Part shown: in pieces, positions 23,284 to 35,300 of the stretch
How the letters are laid out: every line of letters begins with the position of its first letter
How positions within the stretch are numbered: position 1 is the first letter of the stretch
Assembly (NCBI GenBank): GCA_947491025.1
Contig: CANLIC010000003.1
Location: forward strand, 114,005 to 178,004
Source: Myxococcales bacterium
GTDB taxonomy: Bacteria > Myxococcota_A > UBA9042
Direction of reading: 5' to 3'
Length of the DNA stretch: 64,000 bases
Translations under genes and position numbers: made by a program
The notes under the pieces: generated by a model
Database searches by the model: none
What the model was told of the DNA's origin: nothing
The model's input: the letters and a program-made list of their open reading frames with translations, nothing else

Positions 23284-25257
23284 GTGTCTGACGCCCGCCC
23301 CATCACCAATGTCACCGAGTACGTCTGTGGTGCATGTTGGAATGGCTTTGGCGCGCTCGACCCGGGAGTCCGAGGCAGTGACGGGTCACTCACCTGCCCC
23401 CACTGCTGCAATTTGCAAGTCGAATCAGGCGACTGGACTGCCATGGTCCAAGGCGCCGCCGACACCGAGGACGCCCCAGATCAGCCCGAGGTCGACTTCG
23501 CAGACACATTGCCTGGACCCACAGCCGGTGACGCCGCCCTCGCCGGAGCGGTAAGCACGCCCGAAGCCTTCGCGGTCGTCCACACCGCCAGCCCTGCAGG
23601 GAAGGCCACCGCCGAAGAAGCTCCCCCCGCCGCCGACGAAGGTGCCGCCGCCGCTCATGGAGCCACCGTCAGCGCACCAGCAGCGCTCGTCGATGACGAC
23701 CCCGAGCCCACGATCGCCCTCGCTGACGCCACAGACGGCTTTGAGGCGCCGAGCGCCCGACCGCCCGCGCTCGACGACGACTCCGACTTGATGGCCGCCC
23801 TCGCCGACGCCTCCGCTGCCCTGGGTGCCGAGGCCGCCGCCGGACACATCGCCGGTGACGCTGAGCTGTCGGTCGACCTCGGTGAGGATACGCCCGTCTC
23901 CCAAGCGAGCGCGTCTCCTGCGGCGCGGCAGCCGATCCTGAACACGGCTGAGGAGCTCTTGGCGTTCCTCGACGCCGCGGAAGCCGATGGCGTGGATGAT
24001 GCCTTCTACGGCGAAACGATGGCGTCATTGCCTTCCGTGTTTGTGGCCCCAAATGACGGTGCGCCGCGCGTCGGCAACGTCGCGGCCGTTGCCTCCGCGG
24101 CCCATGCCGCTGACGACGCCGAAGGCAACGTAGATCCGCTCGAATTCGACACCGCTGAGGTCAGGCGCCCGCGTTCGACCAGCTCAACGACCGCCGCTGC
24201 GACCCAGCCCGGTGTTGCGTCCGGCTTTACGACTGCCGAGGCGAGAGTGGCGGGCAAGCCGGCAGCCGTCGCCAAGGCCGCCGCAGCGGAATACGCCCCC
24301 GATCTCGCCGCAACCATGGACGACGACGACGACGACGAGGCGGCCATTCTCGCCGAGAACACGTCGCCCGACCTCGAGATCGCCGACCTCTCGCCCGAAC
24401 CCAGCGAGTGGAAACTGCGGGCACCGCCAGGCCTCACGTACAATTTCCATAGCGTCGACGCACTCTTGGGCTGGGCTTCCAACCGCTCGACCGAAGGCCT
24501 GCAGGTGTCTGTCGACGGCCAGACGTGGCGGCCGGTCGGACCTTTCCTCGACGCGCTGCGCGCCGGTCACCGCGGGCGCAAGGCCTTTGCCCTGGCGCAG
24601 GTGCCGGAGATGGTCGCGAGCTTGCGCGACGGCTCCCGCACCGCCCTCGACGACATCCGCGACGTGGACGTCCGCGACGAGGTCCTACGTGCCCTCGAGT
24701 CGCGCGCCCCTGGCCAACCGAGCGCGCCAGAGCTGATCCTGACTTCGCGCCCGACGTCGAGCCGCCGCGGCAGCCGCACCAGCGGGGCGGTAGAGCCTGC
24801 AGAGGAGCCGAAGCCAGAATTGCAGGCACCCGCGCCAGAGGAGCCGGCCGAAGAGACCCGTGGTGGGCGCCGCCCGACGCTGCGCTCCATGCCGCAGGTC
24901 GTCGGTGGCGTCACCATGCAACCGACCGACGAACCTGGACTTGCCGCACGTCCCGGTGCGGCGCTGCCGACCGGGCGGCCGAGCGGAGAGCGGCGCAGCC
25001 AGTCGCCCTTACCGCGCACCACCGGCGAGCAACGGGTCGGCGCCGTCGCCGCCGCCGGCAAGAGCCAACCGTCCAGCCAAGGGATCCCCGTCGCAGCCAG
25101 CCGGGCCCGGCCCTCATCGGCGCGCACGGTCGCCGCTCCGAAGCAAGCGAGCGGCACGCCCATGGCGGCAAAGATCGCGGCAGGTCTTGTCATCGTCGGC
25201 GTCATCGCGGTGATCGTGCTTCACGTCCTCGGCATCGTCAGGCTGCCCCTGCCATGA
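23284..25257 (+). CDS. Zinc-ribbon / GYF-like domain protein with acidic linkers and C-terminal TM helix
   Basis: N-terminal CGAC...CPHC, a central EWKLRAPPGLTYNF...VSVDGQTWRPV module and a terminal hydrophobic helix. The start is uncertain. Confidence 0.65.
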   Translation: MSDARPITNVTEYVCGACWNGFGALDPGVRGSDGSLTCPHCCNLQVESGDWTAMVQGAADTEDAPDQPEVDFADTLPGPTAGDAALAGAVSTPEAFAVVHTASPAGKATAEEAPPAADEGAAAAHGATVSAPAALVDDDPEPTIALADATDGFEAPSARPPALDDDSDLMAALADASAALGAEAAAGHIAGDAELSVDLGEDTPVSQASASPAARQPILNTAEELLAFLDAAEADGVDDAFYGETMASLPSVFVAPNDGAPRVGNVAAVASAAHAADDAEGNVDPLEFDTAEVRRPRSTSSTTAAATQPGVASGFTTAEARVAGKPAAVAKAAAAEYAPDLAATMDDDDDDEAAILAENTSPDLEIADLSPEPSEWKLRAPPGLTYNFHSVDALLGWASNRSTEGLQVSVDGQTWRPVGPFLDALRAGHRGRKAFALAQVPEMVASLRDGSRTALDDIRDVDVRDEVLRALESRAPGQPSAPELILTSRPTSSRRGSRTSGAVEPAEEPKPELQAPAPEEPAEETRGGRRPTLRSMPQVVGGVTMQPTDEPGLAARPGAALPTGRPSGERRSQSPLPRTTGEQRVGAVAAAGKSQPSSQGIPVAASRARPSSARTVAAPKQASGTPMAAKIAAGLVIVGVIAVIVLHVLGIVRLPLP

Positions 25258-26240
25258 GCGCGCGCAACGCTTGGCGCCGAGCGCCACAACCTCTGCAGGT
25301 CGGGGCGAGCGCCCTGTTGGCCGCCCCACGCCGGCCGCGCCCGTTCTCGGCGGCGCTGCTCGCCTGCTGGGCGGCCGTGGCCAGCACCGCCCTGCTGCTC
25401 GGCTGCAGCACCGCGCCCCGGCTGCTGCGGCCCAAGGACGAAGCAGCGGCGCTGTACTTGGAAGGGCTGCTTCAGGTTCGCTCGGGCAACCACCTCGAGG
25501 CCGCTCAGACCTTCGCCAACGTCGTCAAACTGCCGGCTTACCTGTCGGCCACCGCCCCGGCGCGCCTCCGGCTCGGCGACGCGCTGGCCTCCCAAGGCAA
25601 GCTCGAGGAGGCCATCGAGGTCTTCGAGGGCTACCAGCGGCGGCACGAGGGCACCCGGGACGTCGCCTACGCCGCCTGGCGCATCGCCGAGTGCCATGCG
25701 CAGCTTGTGCCCGAGGACTTCTGGTTGATGCCTCCCGTGCGCGAGATGGATCTCTCGGCCGCCGACAAGGCGCGCTACCACCTGGAGCGCTTCGTGCGCG
25801 CCCATCCGACCGCGCCGTGGGTTGGACGTGCGCTAGAGCTCCGCGATCAGGCCATGGACCTCGAGCTGGCGCAGCACCGCTATGTGATCGGCTTCTACCG
25901 CGAGCGGAAGCAGCCGCTTGGGGTCGCCTGGCGCAGCCACGAGATGATGAAGCGCTTTCCGCTGCACGCCCACGGCCTGCAGGATTACAGCGCCCTCGCC
26001 GAGGCCTACGACGAGCTTCAGTGGCGCCGCCGCGCCCGCGAGCTCTACCGCCTGATCGCCAGCAGATGGCCGCGGGCCCAGCAGAGCGCCGCCGCAGCCG
26101 CGCGCGCCGCGGCCCTCGACGCCGAAATCGCCCGCCGCAAGGCAGCCGGCGAGGCCGACGCGGAGATGCCCACCGAGCCGCCGCCAACCGCGCAGATCGA
26201 GCCTGAGACGTTCGACGCCGTCGTCCGCGACGAGGGCTGA
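25254..26240 (+). CDS. bamD: Outer membrane protein assembly factor BamD
   Basis: Lipobox LLGC, TPR helices, ARLRLGDA, YAAWRIAECH, ERFVRAHP and LAQHRYVIGFY. ATGA overlap with the upstream gene. Confidence 0.8.
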   Translation: MSARNAWRRAPQPLQVGASALLAAPRRPRPFSAALLACWAAVASTALLLGCSTAPRLLRPKDEAAALYLEGLLQVRSGNHLEAAQTFANVVKLPAYLSATAPARLRLGDALASQGKLEEAIEVFEGYQRRHEGTRDVAYAAWRIAECHAQLVPEDFWLMPPVREMDLSAADKARYHLERFVRAHPTAPWVGRALELRDQAMDLELAQHRYVIGFYRERKQPLGVAWRSHEMMKRFPLHAHGLQDYSALAEAYDELQWRRRARELYRLIASRWPRAQQSAAAAARAAALDAEIARRKAAGEADAEMPTEPPPTAQIEPETFDAVVRDEG

Positions 26241-26483
26241 GCCGGCGCTCGCGCCTGGCCTCAGCGGGCCCTTCTACGGGCTCCTCGCCTTCGCCCCAGG
26301 CCACCTGCCAAGCCTTGGCCCCACGCCCGCAGCGCACCTGCCCCTTGCGCCAGGGCCTTGATTCGGCTAGATCCGCGCCCCCCGCGACCGCCACCGGCGT
26401 GATTCGCGGGTGAAGGGCATTTCCGCCCACCGGACGTCGGCCGGGCCGGCTGGCGATACGTTGCAAATACCCAAGAGGAAACC

Positions 26484-26933
26484 ATGGCCAACAGCAAGAA
26501 GGGCACCGCCCAAGTCAACCCGCCGACCCCCAAGCAGCGCGTCGCCACAGCTTTTGGCGACAAGGGCTCGCTGGTCAGCGAGATCTTGCGCCTCATCGGC
26601 GACGACGGCTCTGCCCGTAGCAAGCTGATGCAGGTCAGCAACCTGCGCCTGATGAAGCATCACCACGCCGCGCGCCGCATGTCGCAGCAGTTCGGCGGAA
26701 AGGACGCCCTCGTCGACGCGATCCTCGCCGTGCGCTTCGGCAGCCGCAAGCCCGACGAAGGGGCCCGCGAGAAGCTCGAGGCCGCCAGCGTCTGGAAGCT
26801 GATGGATCAGCACCGCCAGGCGATCGACCTCGAGGCCCGCGCCAAGATCGAGGCTGCAGCCGCCGCCAAGGTCAAGGAAGTCAAGGCGAAGCGCCGCGCC
26901 AAGGTGCGCGCTGCCCGCGCTGCCCGCTCCTAG
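26484..26933 (+). CDS. Small basic hypothetical protein with internal duplication
   Basis: AGAGGA RBS, GC3-biased codons, duplicated FGxKxxLVxxIL motif and a Lys/Arg/Ala tail. Confidence 0.75.
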   Translation: MANSKKGTAQVNPPTPKQRVATAFGDKGSLVSEILRLIGDDGSARSKLMQVSNLRLMKHHHAARRMSQQFGGKDALVDAILAVRFGSRKPDEGAREKLEAASVWKLMDQHRQAIDLEARAKIEAAAAAKVKEVKAKRRAKVRAARAARS

Positions 26934-26957
26934 GCCGCGACCACCGGTGACGCCGCA

Positions 26958-28002
26958 ATGAATGCGCCGCCTCCCGCTGGGCGCGCAGACGCGGCGCCGA
27001 ACCAGCTCCCTATCTTTGCCGCCGATGACGCCACGGCTCGCGCCGGGGCGATCGCCGCCCTGCGCTCAGGCCTGCTCGTCGTCGTGCCGACCGAGACGGT
27101 CTATGGCCTCGCCGCTGACGCCCGCCAGGCTGAGGCGGTGGCCCGTGTTTTCGACGCCAAGGGCCGACCGAGCCACAATCCGCTCATCGTCCACGTCAGC
27201 GACGTCGAGGCGGCCCGCGCGCTCGGTCACCTCGACGAAGACGCCGAGGCGCTGGCCGCCCACTTCTGGCCGGGCCCGCTGACGCTGGTCGTACCGCGGC
27301 GGCACGCGACCGGGCTCGCCTCAGCCGTCACCGCCGGCCTCGACACCGTCGCGCTGCGGGTGCCGGCGCAGCCTGCCTTTCGCGCCTTGCTGGCCGAGAG
27401 CGGCCTGGCCCTCGCCGCACCTTCCGCCAACCCCTCAGGTCGCCTCAGCCCGACCTTGGCCATCCACGCCGCCGCTGACCTCGCAGGCTGCGCAGCGATG
27501 GTCGCCGCAGTGCTCGACGGCGGGCCCTGCGCCCTCGGGTTGGAGTCTACCATCGTCGCCCTGGGCGACCGCACGCGCGACGCCGCAGATGCCGCTGCCT
27601 CTGGGACACGGACCCCAAGTTTACCTCGGCTGCTACGGCTCGGCGCGCTGCCGATCGAGGCCATCGAGCAAGTCGTCGGCCCGCTGCAGCGCCCCGCGCC
27701 CGGCGGCCCCGTCGAGGCGCCCGGGATGATGCTGCGCCACTATGCGCCAGGCCGGCCCCTGCGCATCAACGCCGAGGCACCCCATCCGGGAGAGGCGTAC
27801 GTCGCCTTCGGCCCAAACTGCAGCGCAGGCGCCTTCTGCAACCTCAGCCCACGCGGCGATGTCGGCGAAGCGGCCGCCGCCCTTTTCGCCGCCCTGCGCG
27901 CCGCGGACGCTGCCCCAGGCTATCGCGCCATCGCGGTGGCGCCGATCCCCCGGCACGGCCTCGGCAACGCCATCCGCGACCGCCTCGAGCGGGCCGTCGG
28001 CG

Positions 28003-28025
<23 letters not shown>
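26958..28025 (+). CDS. sua5: L-threonylcarbamoyladenylate synthase (Sua5-type)
   Basis: PTETVYGL, KGRPSHNPLIVH, FWPGPLT, AAPSANPSG, GLESTI and PGMMLRHYAP motifs. Confidence 0.92.
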
Positions 28026-29370
<1,345 letters not shown>

Positions 29371-29392
29371 GGTCTGCCGCATCCGCCGGAGG

Positions 29393-32300
29393 TTACTTGC
29401 AGAACGCGAGGTTGTCCACGGCGCCAGAGCCCACCAGCCGCACCTCAAGCGCCTTGACCGACGCCCAGCCGATGGCGACCGTCGCCTGCGCCCCGTTTTT
29501 CATGCCGCCGATGGCCAGCGTCTTCTTGGTGCCATTGGCCAGTGTGGCGATGAGCTGGCCGCCGGTCTCCTCGACGTCGACGAGCCCGATGCCGTTGAGC
29601 GTGACCGGCGCGGCGAACGAGAAGAAGAGGCTGCCGCCGCTCGCCTCGTCGTCCGGAACGTCGACAAGACCGTTCTTGTCCTTGTCGAGGTCGCTTTCGG
29701 CGACGATGAGCAGGTTCTTCCAGTCCGGCGTCGCGAGGTCGGTGTCACCGCCTGTCGGCGCGGCCGAGTTGAACGTGATCGCCTTGTCGGGGTGGCAGCC
29801 GCTGGCGTTGGTGGCCGAGATGGCGACGCCGAGCCCGCTGTACTGGCTCGTCATCACCGTGCCGGCGGCGATGGCGGTACCGGTCGAGGTCTTGTCGAAG
29901 TCCAGCACGTGGCAGATGGCACCGCAGCCGGAGATCGGCGTGTGGACGCACGCGCCGCCCTTGATGTCGCAGCTGTCCATGGTGCAGGCGTTGTCGTCAT
30001 TGCAGACCTTGGCCGTCCCGCCCTTGCAACCGCCGCCGCTGCAGGTGTCGCTCGCGGTGCAGGCGTTGCCGTCGTCGCAAGCGGCATTCATCGGCGTCGC
30101 GGTGCACTTGCCCGTGGCGCTGTCGCATCCATCCGCGGTGCAGGCGTTGCCATCATTGCAGTCCACGGTGCTACCGCCGCCGATGCAGCCGGCATTGGCG
30201 CTGTGGCTGTTGTTGTAGTCGTCGAGGTCGTCCTTGAGCGCCAGACCGGCGATGCGCACTTCGCCGCCGGGGTTGCTGCCGTAGGGGTTGGCGACGAGGA
30301 AGGCGTCCGCCGCGGCGACCGTCTTGCTGATTCCGTCGTCCTTAGCGCCGGTCAGCAGGTTGAGCTTGGTGGCGACGAGCTGCGCCGCCAGCATCTTGGT
30401 CGCGTCCACCGCCGTCGCCTGGCTGAGAATCGAGAGCAGCTGGCTCTGGTTGTAGGTGGTCGGGCCGAGCTTCAGGCTCTGCGCCGGCCAGCTGCTGCCG
30501 TGGTTCTTCCAGTAGCCGATGGTCTTGGGCTCGCCGCAGACCTTGGGCCCGCTCGGCTTCGGCTCGCAGGTGCCGGCCTTGCACGCGTCAGCGCCGTTGC
30601 AGAAGTTGCCATCGTCGCAGGCGGTGCCGTCCACGACCGGGCTCTTCTTGCAGCCCACCTTGCTGTCGCAGGTGTCGGCGGTGCAGGCGTCGCCGTCGTC
30701 GCAGCTGATGGTCTTGCCGACGCACTTTCCGGCGCTGCAGACGTCCTCGCTCGTGCAGGCGCTGCCGTCGTCGCAGGCGCCGCCGGTCTTGGCGCTGGTT
30801 GCGCAGCCGGCCTTCATGTCACAGGCGTCGGCTGTGCAGGGGTCGCCATCGTCGCAGAGCGCAGCCTTGCCGACGCACTTGCCGGCGCTGCAGCTGTCCG
30901 AGAGCGAGCAGGCGTTGCCGTCGTTGCAGGCCAGGCCGTCTTTGGCGCTTGAGGTGCATCCTTTGCCCACGACGCAGGTGTCGGTGGTGCAGACGTTGCC
31001 GTCATCGCAGGCCACGCCCTTGCCGACGCACTTGCCGTAGCTGCAGGCGTCGCCGCTGGTGCAGGCGTTGCCGTCGTCACAGATGCCGGTCAGTACCTTG
31101 TGCAGGCAGCCGCCGCACTTGTCGCAGCTGTCGCCGGTGCAGGGGTTGCCGTCGTTGCAGTCGAGCGCCTTGCCGACGCACTTGCCACCGCTGCAGGCGT
31201 CGCTCGTCGTGCAGACGCTGTTGTCGCTGCAGCTGCCGCCGTCGACGGCCTTGTGGATGCAGCCGGCCGTCTTGTCGCAGGCGTCCGAGGTGCAGGGGTT
31301 GCCGTCGTTGCAGACCTTTTGCTTGCCCACGCAGGCGCCGGCGCTGCAGGCGTCGTAGGTCGTGCAGGCGTTGCCGTCATTGCAGGCGCCGGTCTTGGCG
31401 ACCTGCTTGCAGCCGGTCGAGGTGACGCAGCTGTCGCTGGTGCAGGGGTTGCCGTCGTCACAGCCCACCACCGCCGGCTTGCAGACGCCGCCGCTGCAGG
31501 CGTCACCGCTGCTGCACTTGTTGCCGTCATCGCAGGCCTTGCCGTCGGCTGGCGTGACTGCGCAACCGGCGCCGACATCGCAGGCGTCCGTGGTGCAGGG
31601 GTTGCCGTCGTCGCAGCTGATCGCCTTGCCCTGGCAGCTGCCGCTCTGGCAGAGGTCGCCCGTGGTGCATGCGCTGCCATCGCTGCAGGCGTCGCCGGTC
31701 GCGGCCGCGCTCTGGCAGCCGAGCTTGGCGTTGCAGCTGTCCGTCGTGCAGGGATTGCCATCGTCGCAGGCGATCGCCGCGCCCTTGCAGGCGCCGCCGC
31801 CACAGACATCGCCGCTGGTGCAGGCGCTGGCGTCGTCGCAGGGCTTGCCCTCGACCGGCGCAACCTTGCAGCCGGCCTTGGTGTCGCAGCTATCGGCGGT
31901 GCAGGGATTGCCGTCGTCGCAGGCGATGGAGGCGCCCACGCAGGTGCCCTCGCTGCAGGCATCGCCGGCGGTGCAGGCGCTGGCGTCATCGCAGGCCTTG
32001 CCCGTCAGCGGCGCGGCGACGCAGCCCTTGGCCTTGTCGCAGGCGTCGGCGGTGCAGGGATTGCCGTCGTCGCAGGCCACCGTGGCGCCCTTGCACTGTC
32101 CGGCGCTGCAAGCATCGCCGCTGGTGCAGGCGTTGGCGTCATCGCAGGCTCCGCCCTGGGCGGCGTGCTGGCAGCCGAGCTTGGCGTCGCAACTGTCCGC
32201 GGTGCAGGGGTTGGCATCGTCACAGACCTTGACCGCGCCCTGGCACGCGCTCGCGGCGCAGGCGTCGCCCACGGTGCAGGCGTTGCCGTCGTCGCAGGCC

Positions 32301-35300
32301 TTGCCGGTCAGGGCCTGGGCCGTACATCCCTTGGCCTTGTCGCAGGCGTCGGCGGTGCAGGGGTTGCCGTCGTCGCAAGCGATGGCGGCGCCGCCGCACT
32401 TGCCGGCCTGGCAGGCGTCGTTGCTGGTGCAGGCGTCGCCGTCGTTGCAGCCCTGGCCCGTCAGCGCCTTGACGAAGCAACCCTGCTGCGCGTCACAGCC
32501 GTCGCTGGTGCAGGCGTTGCCGTCATCGCAGGCCTTGGCGCTGCCGCCGCAGACGCCGCTCTGGCAGCTGTCGCCGGTGGTGCAGGCGTTGGCGTCGTCG
32601 CAGGCCTTGCCCGTCTGCGCGGCGAAGGCGCAGCCGGACTTGGCGTCGCAGGCGTCGGCGGTGCAGGGGTTACCGTCGTCGCAGGTGACGGCCGCGCCGA
32701 CGCACTTGCCATCCTTGCAGCCATCGCTCGCCGAGCAGGCGTTGCCGTCGTCGCAGCTGGGGCCGGTCAGCGCTTGCGGTGCGCAGCCCTTGCCGGCGAT
32801 GCAGGCGTCCTGGGTGCATGGGTTGCCGTCGTCGCAGGAGAGGCCGAGGCCCTTGCACTTGCCGGCCTGGCAGCTGTCGGCGCTGGTGCAGACGTTGCCG
32901 TCGTCGCAGCCGCCGCCCTGGATGGCGGTGAAGATGCAGCCCTTCAGCGAATCGCAGGCGTCCTTGGTGCAGGCGTTGCCGTCGTCGCAGGCGATGGCCT
33001 TGCCCAGGCAGCTGCCGGATTGGCAGGCGTCTGCGCCGGTGCAGGCGCTGCCGTCGTCACAGCCGCCGCCGGTGAGCGGCTTGCTCAGGCAACCGAGCTT
33101 GGGATCGCAGCCGTCGCTGGTGCAGGCGTTGCCGTCGTCGCAGGCGATCGCCGCGCCGCTGCACTTGCCGGCGCTGCAGCTGTCTTTGGCCGTGCAAGCG
33201 CTGCCATCGTCGCAGGCGCCGCCGCTCGCCGGGGCGTAGGTGCAGCCGCTCGCCTTCAGGCAGCTGTCGATGGTGCAGGGATTGCCGTCGTCACAGGCGA
33301 TCGCCTTGCCGAGGCAGCTGCCCTTCTGGCAAGCGTCCTGGCTGGTGCAGGCGTCGCCGTCGTCGCAGGGCTTGGTGCCGCAGGGCGCCGACTTGCAGCC
33401 GGTGGCCTTGTCGCAGGCGTCGTCGGTGCACGGATTGCCGTCGTCGCAGGACTTGGCGCTGCCCTGGCAGAGACCCAGCTTGCAGGCGTCGCCGACGCTG
33501 CAGGCGTTGCCGTCGTCGCAGGCCTGGCCGGACTGGGCCTTGTGCACGCAGCCGGTGGTCTTGTCGCAGGTGTCGGCCGTGCAGGCGTTGCCATCGTCGC
33601 AGGCGACCGCCTGGCCCTGGCAGCTGCCCTGCTTGCAGGCGTCTTTGCTCGTGCAGGCGCTGCCGTCGTGGCAGGGGCTGCCGTCGAGGTTGGCGTGGAT
33701 GCAGCCCTTCGCCGAATCGCAGGCGTCCTTGGTGCAGGCGTTGTCGTCATCGCAGGCGACCGTGGCGCCATGGCACTTGCCATCCTTGCAGCCGTCGTTG
33801 CTGGTGCAGGCGTCGCCATCGCTGCAGCCGGGCCCGGTCAGGGGCTTGGCGATGCAGCCAGCCTTCTTGTCGCAGCTGTCGGTGGTGCAGGCGTTGCCGT
33901 CGTTGCAGGCCACAGGCTTGCCTTGGCAGCTGCCGCCCTGGCAGGCGTCGTCGGCGGTGCAGGCGTCGCCGTCGTGGCACGGCTTGGCGCCTTGGCAGGC
34001 CGTGTGGACGCAGCCCTTGCTGGCGTCGCAGGTGTCGTCGGTGCAGGGGTTGTCGTCGTCACACTGCACGGGCGCGCCGGCGCACTTGCCCGCCAGGCAG
34101 CTGTCGGCGCTGCTGCAGGCGCTGCCGTCGTCGCAGGTCCCGCCGTTCTTGCCGGCGTGGACACAGCCGCTGCCTTTGTTGCAGCTGTCGTCGGTGCAGG
34201 GATTGCTGTCGTCGCAGCTCTTGGCCGCGCCCTGGCAGACGCCGGCCTGGCAGGCGTCGCCGCTGGTGCAGGCGTTGCCGTCGTCGCAAGCCTTCTCCCC
34301 CTTGCAGGCCGTGTGGACGCAGCCCTTGCCGGCATCGCAGCTGTCGTCGGTGCAGGGGTTGGCGTCGTCGCAGGCCTTGGTGGCGCCCTTGCAGGCTCCC
34401 TCCTGACAGCCATCGCCGGTGGTGCAGGCGTCGCCATCGTCGCAGGCCGCGCCGCTCGATGGGCCGTGCTGGCAGCCGACGATCGGCTCGCAGCTGTCCG
34501 CCGTGCAGGGCTTGTTGTCGTCGCAGACGAGCGCCTTGCCTTGGCAGCTGCCACCCTGGCAGGCGTCGTCGGTGGTGCACTTGCTGCCGTCGTCGCAGGC
34601 CACGCCCTTTGCTGCCGCGTGGGTGCAGCTGCCTTTGCCGTCGCAGGCATCGATGGTGCAGGGGTTGCCGTCGTCGCAGCTCACACCCTGACCGACGCAG
34701 GCGCCCTTGCCGCAGACATCGCCCTGGGTGCAGGGGTTGCCATCATCGCAGGCCTTGGCGGCGCACGGCGCAAAGACGCAGCCCTGCTCGGCGTCGCAGA
34801 CGTCGTCCGTGCAGGGGTTGCCGTCGTCACAGGGGACCGTCTTGCCGACGCAGCCACCGGCCTGACAGGCGTCGCCCGTCGTGCAGGCGTCGCCGTCGTC
34901 GCAGCCCTGTGAGGTCGCGCAGGGGCCATGTACGCAGCCGAGCTTGGGCTCGCAGCTGTCGTCCGTGCAGGGATTGCCGTCGTCGCAGCCGAGCTTCTGG
35001 CCCAGGCAGGCGCCATCGATGCAGCCATCGCCGGCGGTGCAGACGTCGCCGTCATCGCAGTCGGCGCCCGCGGTCGCGGCGTGCAAGCAGCCGGCGGCGC
35101 CGGCGCAGCTGTCTTTGGTGCAGGCATTGCCGTCGTCGCAGCTGCAGCCGTCGTCGATCTTGCCGTTGCAGTCGTCGTCCTTGCCGTTGCAGGTCTCGGC
35201 GCCGGTGGCGACGCAGGGGGGCTCGCCGCCGTTGCCGCCGCCGTTGCCCGCGTCGTCGCCGCTGCCTCCGCCGCCGTTGCCGCCACCCGCGTCGTCGCCG

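Noticed and set aside
26450-26465. Sigma54 promoter (TGGCGATACGTTGCA)
   Set aside because: The GG-GC spacing is 9 nt rather than the required 10.
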